Assembly: GCA_002269645.1 (NCBI GenBank)
Contig: NIVC01003244.1
Coordinates: forward strand, 62,001-126,000
Origin: Macrostomum lignano
Taxonomy: Eukaryota
Reading direction: 5' to 3'
DNA length: 64,000 nt
Shown piece by piece: positions 49,321-59,280 of the stretch (positions within the stretch are counted from its first letter, which is position 1; every line of letters starts with the position of its first letter). A model generated the notes under the pieces. The model did not search any database and had not been told where the DNA came from. It saw nothing but the letters and a program-made list of their open reading frames with translations. Position numbers and translations under genes: made by a program.

Positions 49321-49924
49321 TTTGCTTTTCTTCTTAAAATTATTCTTTTTAAGAATAATAGTTCGCTTAGTAATGAATCCGTGTTTCTCTAGCATTACTG
49401 CAAGCTTATTAAAGAAGAAAAAAGAAAGAGAGTTGAGACTGAGGCAAGTCTCCATTGTAGTAGCAGTAGGCCACTGGGTGTTTAAAGTTCGTCGCGCAAT
49501 TGGTATACGAGTTATTGGTATACTTCTCCAGTACTATACCAGTACTATTGGTATACTAGTACGCTAGTACAAGCGAGGGGTGTCCAAAAATTAATTATAC
49601 TCATGACAAAACGAAAAAGCTGTAGTGCAACATGAGTGTGTGCTCTGTTTTATACTGACAGTATCTACTTTCTACAATCAAAAATCGTTTGAAAAAAATT
49701 ATGGTTCTATTTTGGGTTGCCGTTGAAAAGAATTACGCTGAAACAAATACTTCTGTGGGATAATACGCTATTCCGATTTCACTTACTCTAGCGAGTGCTG
49801 ACTGCCGATGTTCAGTCAAGTGCACTCTCAGATGCCATGTTTTTGATGGCACGTTCAATCAGTAGAAAAAATGAGGATCACTTCCGACCCAACTGAGAAT
49901 GATTACGAATGAGAATGAAAGAGA

Positions 49925-50185
49925 CTGCGGGGCTGCGTGCACCCTGGCAACACTTAAAGCGACATTGTCACACAATCGGCGAGAGACATTGTTACTGCCC
50001 ATTCCGCCGACTCCCCTGAGGCACACAGGCGCGCGGATACGTACATGTACGCCCCTCAAGCTAATTGGCATTAATTGCGAAAGCAGAGCCAAGCCGAGAT
50101 CCCAATTTAGCCCCCAAAAATACTGTGACTGCACTTGGAATCGAGCCTGGGCCGCTGCCGGCTGGTACATGAGAGCGCCGCGCTA
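49925..50185 (-). mobile_element. Second, diverged copy of the tRNA-derived SINE
   Basis: Colinear with 32800-33120, including GGAATCGAGCC (50137-50147) and GCCCATTCCGCCGACTCCCCTGA (49997-50019); A box and TSD not recognisable. Confidence 0.8.
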
Positions 50186-53100
50186 GTATACTGATTATTT
50201 GACTGTTAATTTATTAATAAATTGTCCTGTTTGAACACCTACTGACCGCGGTAGTTGTTTTCTATTGCGTACCTTCTCAATGGCTATCGATTGAAGCATA
50301 AATTTTCTAACTAATGAGGTTCTGTTATTGCTAATGTGGCTAATCTTTTTTTGTTGTTGAAGTACTTTGTTAATATGAACTTAGCTCTCGAGTTACTAGA
50401 ATCTATGTTACTGTTCTAATCCACAACGCAAGCAATTATCACATCTATAAAGCGTGTGCCAAGTACATGTATTGAATAAGTGCCAAATATATGTCTAGAG
50501 TGGCAAAAGACAAGTGTGGAGCTTGGGTGTCGAGTGCTATTTTTTCTAATTTCTAATTAGTTTTAAATTTAAAGTACCAGCAGAATATGCTAATTGATTA
50601 AATTTGATGGTCTGATATGACATATTTAGGAATGTTCGATACCTTATGATTTGTACATATGCAGCTAAACATATAGAAACTGTGGACTGAGTGGTCGTGA
50701 TCACACAGCAAGATGGCTGGAAGTGCTTGTACAGATAATGTAACAAATAAAAACGCAGATTTCTTGGGTAAATTGTAGAGAGTACGAGCGTACATCAAAC
50801 TGATTAAAGCGAGCGGAATAACGTAGGAATTTATTTTTTCTGTAACACATTAACACAAATATAGCAATGATTTTTGACAAATTTTAATTCTTAGACAATA
50901 CAAAAAATGTATAGGGAAAATTTTAATATTACTGTAATAGTAATAGTTTTAATAGTACTTTTAATATTAGTACTCGTATTTCTCCGATGCTTTGCAATTA
51001 TATACCATCCCCATGCAGGGCCAAATTCAACCAAAAAAATTAAATGCGCATGCTAAGTACAGGCACAAACACGAAAGAGTTTAGCTATAACAAAATTATG
51101 ACCCATCAAAATTTGATCGTTTATCTGAATTGCATATAATTCATTGACAACATTGCTATAGCTATATATACTGTATATGTATTTGGCAACAAAAATATAC
51201 TATAGTACTTTCTTTATATTAACGTGTGCACAAAGTTTTCAGCTATTAGCTATAAAATGTTAGCGAAAAGTGAACAGAAAATAAAACTGACAAAGGAAAG
51301 TATATTTATTCAGTCGTAATACGCTCGTATATGCCAAGCACGCGATAATAAAAATAAAAATGTATGTTTTAAATAATTAGAGTAACAGTAACTGGTTAAA
51401 AAACCAAAGCTACTATCTATATTGGTAAGTAATCAAATTCTTTTTTCTTTTACGTTTTATTCGGATAGCTATAATCTTTACAAAATTTCCGGAACAAAAA
51501 AGTGACAATCTTTTAACGAATATGTATTTTAAACCAGTGCAACAGCAATTAAAGATACTATTATTACATGTATTTAAAATTAAGGACAAATACTTTGGTC
51601 CAAATATGCTTGAACAATGCAATAAGAAATGTTTCGAAAGAAGGTATAACATTATCAGAATTCAGAATTGCAAAAATACTATAACTTTAAAATCTGTAGG
51701 TCTAAATGATAAAAACTAATAAGTGCTGAAATGAGTTAAGAATTTAATTGATGTTTTAAACTAAACCACATACATGTACCATGGCATAATAACATTTTGC
51801 AGTACATATCGAATAAATTATTAATTAGCATAGTCAATTATATCGTTTGTGCGGTTTGCACACAGGCTCTAAATCTGCGTTCGCGGAGACCAACAACAAA
51901 CAGAACAATTATAATATAGACAGAAGATTAAATTTAATATGGTTAGACTTAACAAAATAAGCTAAAAGTTAAAGAAATTAATAATCTGTTTCTGGTGTCA
52001 ATAATAATTATAGAACAATTCAATTCAAGAATTAGATTAAAACAACAAAAATAATCAACGCATGTATCACACTACTACAAGTAGGAGGAGTGTGTCATTT
52101 TAATGAGAAAGCGGACTATTTCGAATTAAAAATAGCTTTTAAATATTAAGACAAACTAGTAACATGAGACTAAGAAAAAATAACCCCAAAAAACAAGAAA
52201 CGTTATAGAGAAGAAGCAAAGAGAGACTGAAGGATCAACAGCAGAGGAAGCTGACTATTGCTGTTCTCTGCACAGCTGCTGACACGTTGGATTGCATTTA
52301 ATATTCCGAAGGGCACAGTGGCCCAGTGGCATTTTGGTTGAGCTTTCGGCGCGCCTGCCTTCGCTATCTAATTTCCCATAGCTAGCTAAGCCAAGAGCCG
52401 GGCGCAATTCCCTGGGGCAATTGCTATAAGCCACTACCCTACATGTACATGTATAAGCCTTCGATGCTTGTACCGATGGATTATTCATGAGTAGCCGAAG
52501 CCCGTCCGCGGTCTCTTGCAAGCTCTATTTGCCCATCGTTCATTATAATCCCCTTGCTGAGCTGTGCGGCTATGCTGTGTAGCCAATCGCTAATCCTAAA
52601 GATTATAAATGTCTTCAACTAAATGTATCTTTATGTTTGACAAGATGACAACTGTCGGGTGTTTATATGTCAACCGAGTATAAATTTAAACAATTTCATG
52701 TTTTCGATTAGACATAAGAATGCTGTTAGGAGCAGTAGAGTGCAGACACAGGCTGGATCAGTACAGTACAGACTTGATCAGTACATTACAGACTGGATCA
52801 GTACATTACAGACTTGATCAGTACATTACAGACTGGAACAGTACGAGCGTACATTACAGACTGGAGCACAACAAAAATACAAAATCAGTACAATGAAAAC
52901 AGAAAAGTCTATAAAAGATCAGAACAGAACCTTACAGATCCAAACAGTATATAAACATGAATCATAAATATCAGGTCATAACAACACACGCGAGCAGCAT
53001 ATTAACAGACCAGAACAGAAACATTCGTGTAAGAAAAGACAAGAGACGAGCTTTGTCAGCACAGGCAAAACTCATGTTTAATCGAATTCACTATCTGCTT

Positions 53101-53189
53101 TTTTCTGCTCGTGCTCACGCATACTCAGATCGATAAGATGGGGGTAATCCAGCCATCCTCACTCAGCCTAAATAGTTGTTTCTTAGAAT

Positions 53190-56100
53190 TCATTTCTTCC
53201 GCAAATGATGCCACATGGCAACGGGTTTGCGCAGCGAGGTGACCATCTGCTGCCAGTGCGTCAGCTCGGCTCCGCCAGCCTGCGAGCCGATTATCACGTG
53301 ACCGATGCTGCTGAGCCGGCCGTCACTGCGCAATTCGGCCACGGTTAGGCGGAGCTGGACGGACTGGAGATGAAAGAGAGAGTAGAAGGTACTGTCTCCC
53401 TCTGTCTCTCCCCCCGTCTCTTCCTCCGTCTCTCCCTCCGTCTCTCCCTCCATCTCTCCCTCTGTCTCTCCCCCCGTCTCTCCCTCCGTCTCTCCCTCCG
53501 TCTCTCCCTCTGTCTCTCCCCCGTCTCTCCCTCCGTCTCTCCCTCCGTCTCTCCCTCTGTCTCTCCCTCTGTCTCTCCCTATGTCTCTCCTTCTGTCTCT
53601 CCCCCCGTCTCTCCCTCCGTCTCTCCCTCCGTCTCTCCCTCCGTCCCTCCCTCCGTCTCTCCCTCTGTCTCTTCATGTATCTCATTGTCTCTCCCTCTGT
53701 CTCTCCATGTCTCTCATTGTCTCTCCCTCTGTCTCTCCCTCTGCCTTTCCCTCTGTACGCTCATATTCTTCTCGGTATCTCCCCCTGTCTCTCCATGTCT
53801 CTCTATGTCTCCCCCTCTGTTTGTCCCTCTGTCTCTCCCTCTGTCTCTCCATGTCTCTCCCTCTGTCTCCCTATAAAATTATTTCAGCATAATAACCCAT
53901 AAATCAATTGTGCCGTGCGCTGTCTCAAGTCTGGTCCAATTTGCAGACACTTTATATTTTATAAACTCTAAAGCCGCTTAGCTAGTGTAATAGAGCTGAT
54001 TATGGTATATAATTTGGCTATTTAAATGGTAATTTTAAGGCCAACTGGAACAAATAAACATGTAATTGTAAAACAGTTCTCACCGACAGAGAGGCCTGTG
54101 ACACACTAAATATCATCGCCTCGTTGTAGGTGGGCTGGCTTTCGCTGCGCTTTACCGATGTCTTCTTTTTGGTTACTCGCTTGCCGCCCTGCAGAAGATG
54201 CACTTTTACCAGCACGTCTGCAATGGGTATTGAGTGCCAAATGCTTGTCCGCCTGACGAGGTTAAGGGCGGCAAATCAAAGGGATTCGAAGGGAATCTCG
54301 TGAGGGCGGCGGAACATCAAAGAGATTGGAGGGGAATCTCTTGAGGGGGGGGGCGGCACATCAGAGAGATTGGAGGGGAATCTCGTGAGGGCGGCGGCAC
54401 ATCAAAGGGATTGGGGGTTGAGAATCTCTGGAGGTCGGTGGCATATCGAAGGGATTAAAGAGGAATCTCTGGAGGGCGGCGGTACATCAAAGGAATTGGA
54501 GGGGAATCCCCGGAGGGCGGTGGTACATTAAAGGGATTGGAGGGGAATATCTGGAGGGCGGCGGTACATCAAAGGGATTCGAGGGGAATCTCTGGAGGGC
54601 GGCGGTACATCAAAGGGATTGGAGGGGAATCTCTGGAGGGCGGCGGTACATCAAAGGGATTCGAGGGGAATCTCTGGAGGGCGGCGGTACATCAAAGGGA
54701 TTGGAGGGGAATCACTGCAGGGCGTGGCACATCAAAGGGATTGCGATCTTTGGAAATAAATTTTATCGAGTTAATCTGCCTCCCTCCACTTGTAATATTT
54801 TATTCCTTGCCTTAGATGCAGTCTGAACTGTTAGCAATCGTGACAAATAATTAGCTGAATCATCGTATTGATTTAATGTACGTTCGCTCTCTATGTACAT
54901 CGCAGGCTTAACTTCAACTTGCATAAATAAAGCGATCACTGCCTCACGGGGCCTTCGTGTTTGTGGTGCTGCCAAATACCGCGTGTTACACACTCACCGC
55001 CAACCGACTGATCTTGGCGAGGCCACTTCAAGTTCTTTGCCTTCACAATGACCACGGTGAGTCGTTCGGCAGTTGGCAGGTAGCTGAGAGAGAACATCAG
55101 CTCGCCAAAGTCTGACGGTTTCTGCAATGTTGAGATCGAAAGCACGCGGCTGTTTTGATATTTTTATTGGGTCATTGGGGTTGGGGGGGGGGGGTAGCAG
55201 TTAAAGAAACAGCTGCTCACCTGGTCGAGTTCGCGCAGGTTGAGCCATAGACGAAGCGGTCGCTGCAGATCCACGTCAGCGAGCCTGATTTCAGTCTCGC
55301 CGATGTGCTTCTGCCTGGCGTACTTGTCAACGCTGAACATCTGCAGCTGCAGCGACTTCTGGGCCAGCTGGTGCGGCTCCAGGCTGTACAGGAACCGCTC
55401 TTTGAATACGGGATTGGGGTTCCGCTTGACAACCTGCGATGTTGAGGATATGTTGACACATTGGTTATAACCTGTCCCATACAACATTATACCTGTCCTA
55501 TGCAGATTGTAGCACCATCAATCCTCATGCGTTTTCGTAGAACTGGATTTTAACAATCCGTCTAGTCTAGTTTTCTATGGATCAAGGTCCCAAAGATCGA
55601 TCGCCTGAAGATAGTCTAGTTTATAGATCTAAACTCTAATATCGATGATCTAGTTCATAGATCTAGACTCTAATATCGATGATCTAGTTCATAGATCTAG
55701 ACTCTAATTATCTATCTGGTATATAGATCTAGACACTGATGATCTATTTAGTATATAGATCTAAACTAATGATTTATATAGTTTATAGATCTAGACTCTA
55801 ATGATCTAATGATCTATCTGATTTATAGATCTAGATTCTAATGATCTATTTAGTTTTCGTCAAGAGCCGCTCACCTTAGTCTGGGACTTCATGTTGGCCA
55901 CGTCGGGCACTACGGCCAGGCAGGCGAAGAAGTCCATGTCGCAGACTCCGGTGGCGTCGCTGGAGGCCAGATCCCGACCCTGGATGAGCGACACCACCAG
56001 CTCGGAGACGTCCCTGTCGTACTCAAGCCCCATCTCCACCTGACCGATTGGCGACACGTCCGGCTGCATGTCCATCACGGATGTGTCCGAGGCCAGCGAC

Positions 56101-56190
56101 TCGGCCGAGCCAACGCGGGGAAGGTTGTGTCCGGGCTCGTACTCGGAGCCTGCGGGCGCATGAACGGAGGGCGAACGAATCTTATTATTG
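53190..56190 (-). CDS. SYT12: Synaptotagmin-12-like protein, C2A and C2B exons (56190-55875, 55433-55221, 55121-54998, 54217-54084, 53363-53190); a probable upstream exon ends at 63880
   Basis: Phase-consistent GT-AG exons. GQVEMGLEYD, SLSYLPTAERLTVVIVKAKNL, NEAMIFSV, LTVAE..DGR..GHVIIG and THWQQM..LRKPVAMWH match recalled SYT12 motifs. Confidence 0.88.
53395..53870. repeat. 12-bp CT-rich minisatellite (CTCCCTCCGTCT) in a SYT12 intron
   Basis: Direct reading. Confidence 0.9.
54290..54740. repeat. 41-bp minisatellite (GAGGGCGGCGGTACATCAAAGGGATTGGAGGGGAATCTCTG)
   Basis: Direct reading. Confidence 0.9.
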
Positions 56191-56210
56191 CTGTTTAATA
56201 AGTTGATCAC

Positions 56211-56955
56211 AGTCGTCTTTTGGCGCGACTCTGACAGTCGTCTTTTGACGCCACTCTGACAGTCGTCTTTTGTCCCACTCTGACAGTCGTCTTTTGGCGC
56301 CACTCTGACAGTCATCTTTTGTCCCACTCTGACAGTCGTCTTTTGTCCCACTCTGACTGTCGTCTTTTGTCCCACTCTGACAGTCGTCTTTTGGCGCCAC
56401 TCTGACTGTCGTCTTTTGTCCCACTCTGACAGTCGTCTTTTGGCGCCACTCTGACTGTCGTCTTTTGTCCCACTCTGACAGTCGTCTTTTGACGCCACTC
56501 TGACAGTCGTCTTTTGTCCCACTCTGACAGTCGTCTTTTGGCGCCACTCTGACTGTCGTCTTTTGTCCCACTCTGACAGTCGTCTTTTGGCGCCACTCTG
56601 ACTGTCATCTTTTGTCCCACTCTGACAGTCGTCTTTTGGCGCCACTCTGACAGTCATCTTTTGTCCCACTCTGACTGTCGTCTTTTGTCCCACTCTGACA
56701 GTCATCTTTTGTCCCACTCTGACAGTCGTCTTTTGGCGCCACTCTGACTGTCGTCTTTTGGCGCCACTCTGACTGTCATCTTTTGTCCCACTCTGACAGT
56801 CGTCTTTTGGCGCCACTCTGACAGTCGTCTTTTGGCGCCACTCTGACAGTCATCTTTTGTCCCACTCTGACAGTCGTCTTTTGGCACCACTCTGACAGTT
56901 GTCTTTTGTCCCACTCTGACTGTCGTCTTTTGGCGCCACTCTGACAGTCGTCTTT
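56211..56955. repeat. 24/25-bp minisatellite (TCTGACAGTCGTCTTTTGTCCCAC / ..GGCGCCAC), left part
   Basis: Direct reading; resumes at 63056. Confidence 0.95.
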
Positions 56956-57194
56956 GCACGCGAAGGCGTATTCAGCATGCCAGTGAAGTATGAGACAGAC
57001 TAGGCCTACGAGCTAAGGTCTGCGATGCTTCACGCCTGCCCCTATCTTCAGCAGGTCAAGGCTGGTGGGAGGTCTGCACCCTCTATTTGCCTCTAGCAGC
57101 CGCAGACTCGCCCACGCTGTCTCGCAAGTCGACCCAGGGGTACCCGTCCCCGCGTGTGTTCAAGGCAGACCCTAGGGCTGCTGGACAGACTGGG
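56956..57194 (+). ncRNA. HDV-like (CPEB3-type) self-cleaving ribozyme at the 5' end of LINE copy B
   Basis: P1 GCACGCG 56956-62 / CGCGTGT 57151-57 with G1-U wobble; P2 CCCAG 57133-37 / CTGGG 57190-94; P3 GGG/CCC; L3 TACCCGT; P1.1 C-G57158; P4 TTC-AA-GGCAG / CTGCT-GGA; J4/2 CAGA with C57186. Confidence 0.8.
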
Positions 57195-57444
57195 CTCCGG
57201 CGCTGGGGACCCATCCAGTGGCTTCGGCCGAATTTGGGTATGCGGGTCTGGCCCGCCAGCCTGCAGGCCGTGGTGCTGCTTAACGTACCCTCTAATGCCT
57301 AAGGTGTTTGACCGTGCCGATGGGCTGGAAGGCCGGGGAGTAGTCCGGTCGCTAGCGGTCCTTTTTTCAAACCGGCTGGCTTGAGGTGTCGGCCAGTCGG
57401 GTACTCAACTCGCGTAACGAGGAGCCCTCCCCCGCTTTTCAGCT

Positions 57445-59278
57445 ATGGCCACTAACGCCAATTTTATCAATGAAACTGACCCGGTCGCCACTGGCCCACC
57501 GGGATCAGCCGCTCCGGTAGCTACCACTGGTAGCAACAACGCCCAACCTGGTCCAACCGGGCCAGCTGACGCTGCCGCCGAGTACCCTGGCCGCCAGTCT
57601 AGCCGACCGCGCACGGCCGAGTCCCGACGGTAGCGAAATATCCGCCGTAATCGTAAGCGGCAGGAGAAGCGGGCTGCTGTTGCGTCCGCGGAGAGCGGGC
57701 AAGCCGCGGTGAGGCTTTCGGGAGCCACCGCAGCGGGGAGGCCCTCTGGGGAGCCCAGTGGCGCGGCTGGGCCGTCAGAAACCGCCGTGTCCTCGGACTC
57801 TCAGGGGGGCAACCCTGCCGGCCTACCGCCTTCCAAGGACAAAGCGGCCCCGCTCAAGACCTCCGAGTCCTACGCCTCCAAGGTCAAGCAGCCGCTGCAA
57901 CCCGCCGTGATGATCCTCGGCGGGGATTTTGACCTGACGCCCGAGCAGCTCGACGTCGCGTGGCGCACCATCGACGAGGGCTTGCTCAACCTAACCCTGG
58001 AGGGCGTCTTCGTGGACATCGTCAAGTCCACCAAGGCGAACGGGTGCATCCTACTGTGGTGCAAATCCGAGGAGAGCACCCAGCTCCTGCGGGATCAGCT
58101 GCCCAAGTTCGACTGGCACAGCGACCTGGGCCAGCTGACCTTCGCCCTGGTGAGCGAGCGGCCGAAGACCATCCGCCATCGGATTTGGGTCCCGGCCGAC
58201 AGTGCGATCAAGTCCGGGGAGCAGCTGCGGCAGCTCCTGCTCAAGCGGCACCCGGATCTCGACGCCAGTGGTCTTGTGTACCACAGCACGGTCCGCAAGG
58301 GCACGACCGGGGCCACCGTCATCCTCGGCCTGACGGAGGGATGGGCCAAGCGGCTACCGCACGGCACAAACCTCCACCTTGGTCTCCATCAACTGACCAT
58401 CCTCCGCTGTGAGGAGGGAAAGGTGGAGACTAAGAACGACGGGAAGCGCGCCTCTCCCGGAGCTGGGGCTCAGGCTCCGCCGGCCAAGCGGCAGCAGCAA
58501 CCCGATCCCAAGCCTAACAAGGCTATTCGCGCTGCTGAGTCCGCCTCGCGCGGACGTAGACCCGCCCGCAGTAACCGGCGGTCCGGGCTAATCCAGCGCG
58601 CACTTGACGAAGCTCAGTCTCTGAGACTTCACCTCGAGCAGACTCGTGCTGCTCGCAAAAACACCGAAAGCCAGCCGAGGGAACTGGACGACGGCATGGC
58701 TCAGCTTTCCAACTGGTGGGATTACCACCAGGAGGACGCTGCCGGCCGAGCTCAGACTCCCGACGGCGGGGCGCAAGGCGAAGGCAGCAGCCGTACCCCA
58801 GTCGCTGGGGGGGGGGCGGCATACATGCGCAACAGTCGGCCGAGTCGGCCGATCCGGCCGACCGATTTGGTGGCCAACCAAGGAAGTCGCAAAAATGCCA
58901 ACCCGAAAAAACACCGAGTAGTAGTACTAAGTAGCTGACGAGGCATTTTGGCTTTATAAGACAGTCATAGTTACTCCTGCCGTTTACCCAAAGTTGCATT
59001 AATTTTGCTTTCGGGTTTTTTTACATGTAAGTCGCATTTTTGGCCAAAAACTACGTCGCATTTTTGTTAAAACTAAGTCGCATGGCCGACCGAAATTTGG
59101 AGGTTGCGCATGTATGGGGGGCGGTGTAGCGCGGCTAGGTGACTCACCTGCCGTGGGCGCCGTGTCCGCCTCCGCGGCGGCTGGTGAGGCGGCTGGGCCT
59201 GAGCCAATGGAAACTGGCGACTCAACTCTCACCGATGAGGCTGAGAATGAGTTGCTTTTCTCCTCCCCTGGACAGTAG
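57445..59278 (+). pseudogene. LINE B ORF1 (probable DUF4780-type), disrupted
   Basis: ATG at 57445, in-frame TAG at 57631-57633, frame continues through ORF 57709-58938. The C-terminus is interrupted by a MITE; the natural end ..ENELLFSSPGQ* is at 59278. Confidence 0.8.
58820..59116. mobile_element. 297-bp MITE nested in LINE B ORF1
   Basis: Perfect 14-bp TIRs CATACATGCGCAAC / GTTGCGCATGTATG; 8-bp TSD GGGGGCGG at 58812-58819 and 59117-59124. Confidence 0.92.
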
Positions 59279-59280
59279 AC

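Noticed and set aside
52255-52521. 88-aa minus-strand ORF downstream of SYT12
   Set aside because: Non-ATG start, no recognisable motif or splice support.
56985-57030. Hammerhead-like ATGAG..stem..CGAT within J1/2
   Set aside because: Lacks the invariant CUGANGA and GAAA core.
57114-57140. Nested second HDV core (GCT-GTCTCGCA-AGT-CGACCCA-GGG)
   Set aside because: No upstream P1 partner, L3 does not start with U, and it overlaps P2/P3 of the well-supported fold.
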